29,696 nt of DNA from Prasinococcaceae sp. CCMP 1430 (Eukaryota; Plantae; Prasinodermophyta): the NCBI GenBank assembly GCA_013416795.1, contig RQSC01000958.1:131401-161096 (forward strand). Direction: 5' to 3'. The position numbers and the translations under genes are program-made. The notes beneath the pieces are model-generated. The model had not been told where the DNA came from. It ran no database searches and saw only the letters and a list, made by a program, of their open reading frames with translations. This document shows positions 9,540 to 18,270 of the stretch, in pieces. How positions within the stretch are numbered: position 1 is the stretch's first letter; every line of letters starts with the position of its first letter.

Positions 9540-10640
9540 ATGAGCGCTGCAGGCGGCGGCGGTGGCGGCGGCGGCGACGACGGCGGCGGCGAGAGCGCGT
9601 TCTGGTCGTCGCTGCTCAAGTGGTCGCTCGCTCAGCAGGAGAACGGCAATGTCGCGGGCGCCGGGCGGCTCGGCGCGGTGCCTGAGGACACCGAGGCGGG
9701 GGAGGATGGCGCGGTCGCTGGCGCGCTGAGGCCTACGCGCGAGATCAGCAAGGAGGAGCGCGAGTGGTTCTATGAGGCCATGCAGGCGCGAACAGAGGAT
9801 GTGGCCGTCACGATGCAGTCGATAGCGTCGGCGCTGGCGTCCAAGGCGTCGGCGTCGCTCCCGCCGGAGGAGGTGGCCGTGCGCGCCGCGCTGCTCGAGG
9901 ACCTCGCCGAGCGCGTCGAGTCCATCGACCACGCCAACGACCTCGACGCGGTCGGCGGGCTCGCGCCGGTGCTCGAGGCGCTGCGCAGCCCGCACGAGGC
10001 AATCTGCGCGCGCGCGGCCGAGGTCGTGTCGATCGTCGTGCAGAACAACCCCAAGGCGCAGGCGCGCGCACTCGAGCTCGGCGCCATGGGCCATCTTCTC
10101 ACGCTCGTTGAGGAGGGCGATAGCGGTGGTGCGAAGGCAGCCGCTGGCGCGGACGCGGATGCCGCGCCGGAGCGGACGCAGCAGACGCTGGCGATGGCGC
10201 TGCTCGCACTTGGCTCACTCGTGCGCGGCGACGCGGCCGCGACGAGCGCGCTCGTGCTCGGCAGCGGCCCGCGCCTGCTGCTTCTGGCGCTGCGCGGCTC
10301 GACACCCAAGGTGCAGCGGCGTGCGCTGCACCTTATGGCGCACCTCGCTGCCCACCACGAGGCCGCGGGCGCTGCGACGGCCGCAGCTGGCGGCGTGCGC
10401 GCCGGGGGGGCGTGCCTGCTCTCGCCCGATGCCGCCGTGCGGCAGGCCGCGCTCAGCTACCTGCTGTCGCTCGCACGCGTCATCGACTTCGAAAAGAACC
10501 CCGGCGCGCTCGCCGACTACCGCGCGCCCGCGCTCGCGGCGGCGCTGGGCCGCGTGTCGGCCGGGGCGGAGGCTGATGCCGACGCTCGGCGCGAGGAGCT
10601 CGTCATGGCGCGCGAGCTGCGGAGGATGCTCGGCGAGTGA
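9540..10640 (+). CDS. FES1: Hsp70 nucleotide-exchange factor Fes1/HspBP1 (armadillo fold), about 366 aa, single exon
   Basis: WSSLLKWS, ISKEEREWFYEAM, LEDLAERVESIDHANDLDAVGGL, RAAEVVSIVVQNNPKAQ. Confidence 0.92.
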   Translation: MSAAGGGGGGGGDDGGGESAFWSSLLKWSLAQQENGNVAGAGRLGAVPEDTEAGEDGAVAGALRPTREISKEEREWFYEAMQARTEDVAVTMQSIASALASKASASLPPEEVAVRAALLEDLAERVESIDHANDLDAVGGLAPVLEALRSPHEAICARAAEVVSIVVQNNPKAQARALELGAMGHLLTLVEEGDSGGAKAAAGADADAAPERTQQTLAMALLALGSLVRGDAAATSALVLGSGPRLLLLALRGSTPKVQRRALHLMAHLAAHHEAAGAATAAAGGVRAGGACLLSPDAAVRQAALSYLLSLARVIDFEKNPGALADYRAPALAAALGRVSAGAEADADARREELVMARELRRMLGE

Positions 10641-10680
10641 GTGCCGTGCGCGCCGGCATGTACACTAGTGCACACGATCA

Positions 10681-10685
10681 TGTAA
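10681..10685 (+). terminator. TGTAA-type poly(A) signal for Fes1
   Basis: TGTAA 40 nt after the stop at 10640. Confidence 0.5.
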
Positions 10686-10754
10686 CATCCTTGACACCTA
10701 CGCTTGCGCACATGCCGTCCGCGCCGGGCCTGCTCCTCAACGTCGTTGATGGCC

Positions 10755-11778
10755 TCATCCGTCCGCGGCGCGGGTCGCCTCGCCGGCCGTCTCCACGTGC
10801 AGCTTCGGTCGGTCGCGCGCGCGCTCGCGCATAGCTGCGTCAGCTGAATGCGTTCGCCAATGCGACCACGCGCACGCACACACACCGCGGCGCAGGAACT
10901 AACGCACCTGAAGGCAGAGCCCCCCCATAGCGGGCGCGTACGAGCGCACCGCGCGCACCCGCGGCGCGGCGGGCGCGAGCGGCACCCCGTCTGCGGCCGC
11001 CCACACGTGCGCGGGCGGCACGTGTGCTGCTGGGGCGTACAGCGCCACCTCCCAGCACACCTCCACCCCACGTGCGCGCCGCGGCATGGCCGCACACGCA
11101 TGCTGCAGCCGCGCTATGAAGCCGCGAGCAGCCTCGGCAAAGTCGGCATCCACTCCGGCGCCTGCTGCGCTGCCAGCTCCGGCGTCCCTGTTAAGGTTGG
11201 CATCTGTTGTAGGCGTGCATGCATTCGTGCCCCCCGCCGGCGCGAATCGCAAGACGTAGCGCTCGAGCGGCTCCCCGGTGCGCGCGTCGGCCAGCAGCAC
11301 GGCCGCGGCGGCCGCCGCACCGGAGCACGCGGCTGCCGCAACGTCTGCTGCCGCGGCGTGCACGTACGCTGCGAGCGCGGGCGGCCGTGCTCGCCACGCA
11401 GCAACGCCGCCGAACGCGGCTGCACGAGAGAACGCCGCGCGCGCGTACACACCGCGCGAGTAGAGCACCTATGGGCGCGCCCATAGGCGCGCGCGCGCGC
11501 GTGCATGCACGCATGTGGGCGTGATCGCGCGTCCGCGAGTGTGGGTGTTTGAGTGTGCGTGCGCGTGCGCGTGTGGGTGTGAGTGAGTGCACATGCACGC
11601 TCGTGTGTGCACGCACGTGCTTGCTCGTGCGCTCGCGCAGGCACTCGCGCACGCCGCGCACCTGATGCACGAGCACCTCAAAGAGCTCGCCGACCGCCAC
11701 CGCCTCGGGGGCGTGCGCACCGCCCGCGCCGCCGCTGCCGCTGCCACCGGCGGCTCCGGCGGCGCCCATCGTCGCCAT
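10755..11778 (-). CDS. REV7: REV7/MAD2L2 HORMA-domain protein (DNA polymerase zeta subunit), about 241 aa; complement join(10755..10802,10908..11468,11662..11778)
   Basis: Spliced product ELFEVLVHQ-VLYSRGVY...F...FG...RARPPALAAYV...PLERYVLRF matches the REV7 HORMA pattern. A second intron (10803..10907, GTGCGT...AAG, CTGAC about 36 nt before the acceptor) gives the C-terminus CLQ-LHVE, like the conserved MQLYVE. Confidence 0.85.
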
Positions 11779-12182
11779 CGCGCGCCGGTGCCCCTCTGTC
11801 TATTTTCTCTCTCTCTCTCTCTGGCGGCCGCCGGCGCGCGCGCGGGCGACGTGCGCGCGTGCGCGCGCGCCAGTGACGCGACCGGGCGCGTCCTGGCGCA
11901 GGCGTCGCGCCCGGACGCTCTCGCGCTGCAGCACAGCGCCCGCCCGACTCATTTCACGCCGTTCGAAATAGGGCAAACAACTATTTGGCGAACTAACGAC
12001 GCGGATACCAAATGGTCGAATCCCGCAATTTCTGAATCTTACCCACCATCCACACGCACACCACACATCACACACAAACGCACGCCGCGCACACACCGCC
12101 CCTTGTCAGGCACGCAGCGCCATGGCGCCCCGGCAAGTCGCTGCTTTCACCGCCTCCGTCGGCCCGCACGGCCCGTGCCGCG

Positions 12183-12734
12183 TCAGGCCCCTCTCCGGCC
12201 GCCGGGTGTAGAGGCGGCGGTTGCCGCACCGTTGTCGTCGTTGGCGATGGCGATGGCCCCGACAGCATTGGCGCCTCCGGGCGACGCGGGCGGCGTCCTG
12301 CCCATCACCTGCGCGCGCGTGCATGCGTGGGCGTATGTGCGTGAGTGTGGCAGTGTCGCGTTCGTGCAAGCGCGTGCAACGTGTGTGTGCGTGTGAGTGT
12401 GTGTGAGTGTGCGTGCAAATGCTCTCGCGCACGAGCGCGTGCGTGTGTGCATTGCACGCATGCGCGTGCACGCGCGCAGACTCGCGCGCACTCCCTCTCT
12501 TTCCCTCCCCTGCGCGCCCCGCGCGGCACGTACGAAGTCCCCGAGCCCGAGGATGACGTTCTGGAGTGGCTGCAGCACGTGGTCCTTGCCGCCGTTGTGC
12601 GCGCGCCAGTCGTACATCACGCCCGCACCGACGGCGCACAGCGTGGCGAGCAGGCGCACTCCGCTGAAGAACGGCGACGGCGGTGGCAGGCGCGTCGCCT
12701 GCGGCGGCGCCATCGTTGGCGTCTCACCCGCCAT
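12183..12734 (-). CDS. Small orphan protein, about 108 aa, with one predicted TM helix; complement join(12183..12308,12534..12734)
   Basis: ATG in GCCATGG context, coding-like codon usage, hydrophobic VRLLATLCAVGAGVMY, and a canonical 225-bp phase-0 intron (GTACGT...GCAG) with the locus-typical repeat content. No family recognised. Confidence 0.6.
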   Translation of the reverse strand: MAGETPTMAPPQATRLPPPSPFFSGVRLLATLCAVGAGVMYDWRAHNGGKDHVLQPLQNVILGLGDFVRAARGAQGREREGVRASLRACTRMRAMHTRTRSCARAFARTLTHTHTHTHVARACTNATLPHSRTYAHACTRAQVMGRTPPASPGGANAVGAIAIANDDNGAATAASTPGGRRGA

Positions 12735-12770
12735 GGCAGCAGCGGGCGCGGCCAAGCATGCCCCTGTCCT

Positions 12771-12792
12771 CCCCCCCCCCCCCCCCCCCCCC
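12771..12792. repeat. Poly-C(22) homopolymer (poly-G on the sense strand of the small orphan gene, just upstream of its ATG)
   Basis: Seen directly. Confidence 0.9.
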
Positions 12793-12992
12793 TCCTGGGC
12801 GACGCGGGCGGGGCGCGCGCGCACTGTGCGTGCGCAGAGCAGAGCGCGCGTTGAGAGAACGTTCGCATGCGCGTGCGCCTTCTCGAAACGACGCAATACT
12901 TCAGTCCTGTAATAAGACGTCAAAAAGTGTTACTGTAGTCCTAATTGACGGAATTGGAATTATGGGTGGGGGCATTCAGTTCGCACGCGGGG

Positions 12993-13262
12993 ATGCTCAC
13001 TTCGCGCGCGCGTGGCGCGGCGCCCCCGCTGGCGGGAGGTGTGTGTGTGTGTGTGTGTGTGTGTGTTGTTGTTGTTGTTGTTGGTGTTGGTGGTGTTTGT
13101 GGAGGGGGTGCAGCGGCGGCGGCGATGGATGCTGCGGCAGCCGAGCGCGGGCTCGCCGCGCTCGCGGGGCGGTACGTGGCGCGTCCGCACGCCGAGAGCG
13201 CGCCCGCGCGCTGGTGTTCGTCGGCGCCTAATCGAGCACGCGTGCGCACAATGCTGTACGTG

Positions 13263-13310
<48 letters not shown>

Positions 13311-14995
13311 ACGTGCACACACACGCTGACTGTGCCAATCGCGCCCGCAGCGCGCCGCAGCCCGGCCGCCTGCCCGGGTGGCACTACTGCCGCGGCTACG
13401 CCATCGTTGGCGTCGGCCGCTGGCAGTCACGGGCGCTGTGGGTGTGTGCGTTCCTGTGGGCCATCGGCGCGCAGGCCGTCACGCTGCACATCTTCACCGA
13501 GGCGCAGTACGATGCGTGCGACGGCATCTGCAGCGATGCGGCCGCGTGCACGGCGCAGGCCGCTCCCGGCCGTGGCAGCGTGGCGTACGACTTCGGCCTG
13601 TACTGCGAGAACGAGTGGCGCGCGGTGATGCTGGGCATCCTGTATTTCCTGCCTGGGTGGTTTTTCGGCGCGTCCGTGATGGGCTCGGTGTCGGACAAGT
13701 ATGGCAGGCGGCCCGCCATGATAGCTTCAATAGTGATCGGCATCGCGTCCTCGGCCACGGCGTCGCTCGCGCCAGACTTCTACGCCTATGCCGCGGGCCG
13801 CACGGGCATGGGCTTCGCGTTCGGCGGCACCGGCGTGGTGAGCTATGTGCTCGGCTGCGAGCTCATGCCCACCGAGTGGCTCTCCATCATCGGCGTGGGC
13901 TTCTACAATGTGTATTTCGTGGCGGGCGAGGCGGGCATCGTGGCGGCCGCCCTGGCCATCAAGGACTGGCGCCTCCTCACTGGCGTGGTGGGCGCGCAGG
14001 CGGCGCTGGCGCTGCCGCTCGCGTACTTCTTTGCCCCGGAGAGCCCCAAGTGGCTCATCAGCCAGGGGCGCGACGGCGAGGCCAAGCGTGCGATGCTCAA
14101 GGCCGCCGCGCTGGACGGCGTGGCCGCGGAGGCTGCGTGCGGCGAGGTCGCCGTCTACGGCAACGCCGCCGCGGACGCCGTGCTGGATGCCGCCGAGAGC
14201 GCGGGTGCCTCCGGCGGCGCGCGGAGCAGCTCGCTCTCCTCCTCCGATCCCGCCAGCGCCCCGGGAAAGGTCGGAGAGCCCGTTGCAGGCGGCCTGGTGG
14301 GGCTCTTCCGCCGTCCCGCGATGGCGCTGATGACCGTGTGCATCACGTACGCCTGGCTGACGGTGGGCGGCGTGTATTACGGCATCAACTTCATCGCAGG
14401 CGACCTACCGGGCTCTCTGTACCAAAACGCAGTCGTCAGCGCGCTGGTGGAGCTGCCGGGTACCTTGCTGGGAAACGTCATGGTGGACGTGCCCTCGCTG
14501 GGCCGCAAGACCACCACGGTCCTTCTGTACGCGATCACCGCCGGATCCTGCGTGTGTGCTGCGTTCATGGGCGGCATGCTGCGCACAGTGGTGGCGTACG
14601 TGGGGAAGCTTGCCATATCCTCGGCTTTCTGCGCGGTGTACGTCTACTCGACGGAGATCTTCCACACGCCGTCGCGCAACGCGGGCCTAGGCCTGGCCTC
14701 GCAAATGGCGCGTGTGGGATCGGGTGCCGCCACCGGCCTCGTCACGGCGCTGGCGGTGCCGACGTCGATGCTCATGTTCGCAGCGTTCAGCGGCGTGGCG
14801 GCGCTCGCGGTGCAGCTCTGCTTGGTAGAGACGCTGGGGCATCCGCTGCCGGAGGCCGTCGACGAGGTGCTCGGGCGCCGCAAACGGCGCGGGGCGGCCG
14901 CCGGCGCGCGCGAGGAGTCGGCGCTGCTGCGCGGCGGCGGCGCCATGTCCGACGGCGCCGATGAGGACGCGCTAGCGTACGAACACGAGGGCTGA
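12993..14995 (+). CDS. SLC22/organic cation transporter-like MFS protein; join(12993..13038,13114..13171,13351..14995), first exon tentative (alternative ATG at 13125)
   Basis: GSVSDKYGRRP, GCELMP, PESPKWLISQGR..EA, YYGINF, VELPG, LGRK, VYVYSTEIFHT..R..GLG...ARVG, LVETLG.PLP. Intron 13172..13350 (GTACGT...GCAG, CTGAC branch) is in frame. Confidence 0.88.
13039..13113 (+). repeat. (GT)n then (GTT)n microsatellite, probably a 75-nt first intron of the SLC22-like gene
   Basis: GAG|GTGTGT...GTGCAG boundaries. Removing it puts ATG 12993 in frame with ATG 13125. Confidence 0.6.
13264..13298. repeat. (CT)n microsatellite inside an intron
   Basis: Seen directly. Confidence 0.9.
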
Positions 14996-15231
14996 GAGCT
15001 CGCACCGACGACGCTTTGGTGGCGCTGCGGCGCCACCCGGGCGACCTAAACAGATCCTAATTAACTTTTTAGCGAGACACCGCCGGATGCGCGCGACGAG
15101 ATGCGTACGCGCGCGACGCGAGCAGCGACACGCACAAACGCCAGCGTAGCGCTGCGGCACAGGACGGCAAAAGTGCGATGCTTGCTCATTACTGCCGGCG
15201 GCGCGCCCGCACGAGCGCCATCCCCGGGCGC

Positions 15232-17115
15232 TCACGCCAGTCCGAGGGTGTCGAGCGCCTCGAGGATCCCGGCCGCCATCGCCGCGTCGGTCACAAGCAG
15301 CCGCGGCGAGTCCTCGGCGTCGCCACGCGCGGCCGCCTCCGTCTGCGTGGCGCTGGGGTCAGCGCAGGCGCGAGCGGCCTGGCGTGCGCGCGCCAAAACA
15401 CGCGTGCGCGCAACCAGCCGCGCACGCACGACCGTACGCGCATCCACACGCATCCACGCATCCACGCGGACAGACGCGCTCGCGCGCGCGTACCTTTGCC
15501 CACTCCATGAGGGCCGGCTGCGCATTGCCCACGCACACGGCATTGTGCGCGCCCGCGAGCATATCGACGTCGTTGGCGCTGTCGCCGCACGCCACCACGC
15601 GCGCCGGATCGACGGCGAAGGCGTCGCGCACGTACTCCATCGCCGTGCGCTTGCCTGCCTCGCGCGGCAGCAGGTCGACGTACACGTACTCGCCGTCGCC
15701 GGAAGCCACCACCTTGCCCTTGCTGCCGCGCTCCTCGAGCGCTGCAAGCAGCTCCTCCGCCACCTCCGCGGCGACGTCGGCGCGCGCGAGCAGCGAGCGC
15801 TTGTACTCGCCCTGGTCGTCAGCGCCCAGCGGCCGCACCTGCGCGGTGTGTGCGTGTATGTGTGCGTGTGTGTGTGTGTGTGTCAGCGTGTCAACGCGTG
15901 CGTCTCAGTACGCGCATGTGCGCGCGCGCGTGCGCGTATGACAGTGCGTGTGCGTGCGTGCCAGCACGCACCTCGTCGGCCACGCCGCCGCGAGAGCCAC
16001 CGAGCACGGCGTCGAGGGCGTCGGCGGCGTGCGCGCCGTCCCAGCTGACGCGCAGACGCTGCGCCCAGTCCTCGTCCTCCGCGAAGCCACCCGTGAAACC
16101 GTCGGGGGCATACACGCGCGTGCCCACGCCAGTGACCAGCGCGTCGGGGGCCAACAGGGCGCCGCGCGGCAGCTCCTCGCGCAGGGCCTCGAACTGCGCC
16201 AGCGAGCGGCCGGTGGAATAGCACAGCACGCTGCCCGCTGCGGCGTGGCGGCGGCGCCAAAAGGCTGAGAACTGTGCGCGCGCGCGCGCGCAGGCGAGTG
16301 TTTGTCGATGTTTGAGTGCGTGCGCGTCAGTGCGTGCGTGTGCGCGCGCGTGTGTGCGCGCGCCACCACGGCGCGGGCGCGGGCGGCGTGCGCACGCGCA
16401 CCTCAGCGCCCGCCGCGTCGTTGCCCACCATGGTGCCGTCGAGGTCGGAGACGAGGAGGAGCGGCGCGCCCTCGTGCGCGGCGTGCACGCCGCCCTCCGC
16501 GACTGCCACGACGGCCGCGGCGCGCCCCACGCGCAGCGCGCCGCCGCCGGACGCGCCGTAGGTCTCGCGGACCGCGCCGTCCGACAGCACGAAGCGTGCC
16601 TCCTTGATGCCCTCCATGGGCATCGTCACCGCGTAGTGACCGCGGCTCGCGAGCCACCATGCCTCGGACATCGGGGTGGGCTCCACGCCGGCGATCGGCG
16701 TGCCGTCGGCGCGCGCGGGTACGATCTGCGGGGCCGGGGGCGCGAGCGTGGGTGCGGGTGCGTTAGTGAGTACGCGAACGTGTGTCCATGTGTGCGCGCG
16801 CGTGCGCGCGTGCGTGAGTGCGCAAGCGCGCGCGTGAAGACACGAGTATCGGTGCCTTGCACGGCGGCGGGTGCGCGCGTCTGGGATCGGCCCAGTGCGC
16901 GCAGCTGTCTCTCGCTCTTTCTGTCTCTCTGTCTGTCTAGGCCCATCGCGGACGCTTGCGCACACGCGCACCTGCGGAGGTGTGTCCCATCCCCTGCCAC
17001 GGAACACGATCGTCACCTCAGGCACACCTTCGCCGCCCTTGCCCTCGCCGCGTGCAGCCGCGCGCGCCACCGCCGGCCGACCGGCCAGCTGCCGAGATCG
17101 TGGGGATTCACCCAT
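15232..17115 (-). CDS. Sucrose-phosphatase-like HAD-IIB (S6PP family) protein with an N-terminal beta-rich CBM-like module, about 419 aa; complement join(15232..15378,15494..15838,15972..16271,16402..16725,16972..17115)
   Basis: HAD motifs LLVSDLDGT, YSTGRS, DLLP..AGK, VACGDSAND, VGNAQ and C-terminal AAGILEAL. Four phase-0 GT-AG introns assemble without stops. The CBM-like call for VTIVFRGRGW...WW...ARFVLSDG is an inference. Confidence 0.85.
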
Positions 17116-17636
17116 GCGTCCTCACCACGCCCGCGAGCGCGGCCGGCGCGGCCGCCGTCGCCGCCACCGGCGCCAGCAGGCCGACGAGCGCCACGTCAAG
17201 CGCCAGGCCGACCAGCAGGTCCGAGACGAAGAGGTCGAACTCCTTCCAGAATTCCTCGCCGCGCTTCTGCACCTCCGCGATGGTCGCGCACCCCGAGTCG
17301 ATGGCGACCTCGCAGACGACCTTGAACACGAAGCGCGTGTCCGCGATGAGCCTGTCGCGCAGCGGGGCCCAGCCCGCTGCCCATCGCCCGAAGGCGCCGC
17401 TGTCCCACAGCGCGATGTATCGCCGCACCATGCCCTCTCGCAGCTGGCCGCTCTGCGCGTACTCGGCCATGTCAGCGGGCAGCGCCACGTCCTTGCGCTT
17501 GCACAGCGCCTGGACGTCCTCCCAGGCCATCGGCTCGCCCTCCCAGCCCTCCTCGTCGTCGCCGTCCCCGCCCCCGCCGCCGCCCCCTCCGGTGCCCTTC
17601 AGGCCGCCGTCGCTACCGCCCGCGCCGCCATCGCCG
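17108..17636 (-). CDS. N-terminal half (about 175 aa) of a RETICULATA/RER (DUF3411) plastid envelope protein; C-terminal half absent, start unresolved
   Basis: A Gly-rich linker is followed by LRDRLIADTRFVFKVVCEVAIDSGCATIAEVQKRGEEFWKEFDLFVSDLLVGLALDVALVGLLAP, the diagnostic RE/RER1 block. TGA at 17110-17108. No LPSSVFE or SSNARYQ-type C-terminal block appears in any window ORF. Confidence 0.8.
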
Positions 17637-18083
17637 CTGCACGCACGCACGCACGCACGCACGCGCAAGCACGCACGCACGCACGCACAGACAGACACAC
17701 ACGCACGCGCTCGCGGTGTGGCGGGGGCTGCTGCGCCGCGCAGCGCGCCGCGCCGCCGCCCACAGCCCTCCCCTTGATCACCGGGGTTCAGGTTACTTTT
17801 AAGGGTTAAACAATTAGGGTTCATTCACTTGCGCACCCTAGTACCCTGCCAATCGCGTACCCAGCACAACACCCGGGCGGACCCGCACCCCCGGTCTACC
17901 ACCTGACTACCCCGAGTACCGGTACCGGTCCAACCCCCGTGTCGCGCGTGTCACCCCTGGTCTTCACTCAGGGACTCGACTTGCCTTGCTCATCGGGACC
18001 TGGTTTGATCCGTGGTCAGACGTATCAGAGCGGGCGCGGGCGCGTGAACAGCCCGAGCGCCCAGCACATTGCACGCCCATCCC

Positions 18084-18117
18084 GCGGCGGCGGCGGGGGC
18101 GGCGGGGGCGGCGGGGG

Positions 18118-18149
<32 letters not shown>
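18084..18149. repeat. G-rich tandem repeat (GCGGCGGGG x3) immediately followed by poly-C(31)
   Basis: Seen directly, upstream of the SEC11 ATG. Confidence 0.85.
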
Positions 18150-18270
18150 ATCCCGATCGCTTTGCGCGCCGCTCCTACTCTGCGCCCCCCCACCTTCCCA
18201 CTCCTCTCCCCTCCTGCTGTGCGCCAAGGCCGTGCCCGCGGTGAGGCCCGCGTGCGTGTGCTCGGCCGCG

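Noticed and set aside
10517-10843. Long REV7 last exon via the CAG acceptor at 10844, overlapping the Fes1 3' end
   Set aside because: It gives a non-conserved tail; the AAG acceptor at 10803 yields the expected LHVE terminus and a nearby stop.
11990-12035. tRNA gene suggested by GGTCGAATCCC
   Set aside because: The T-loop lacks a base, and no acceptor stem, D arm or anticodon arm can be built.
15232-17100. Phosphatase gene nested in a long intron of an intact RER gene
   Set aside because: No RER C-terminal exons were found on the minus strand downstream within the window.
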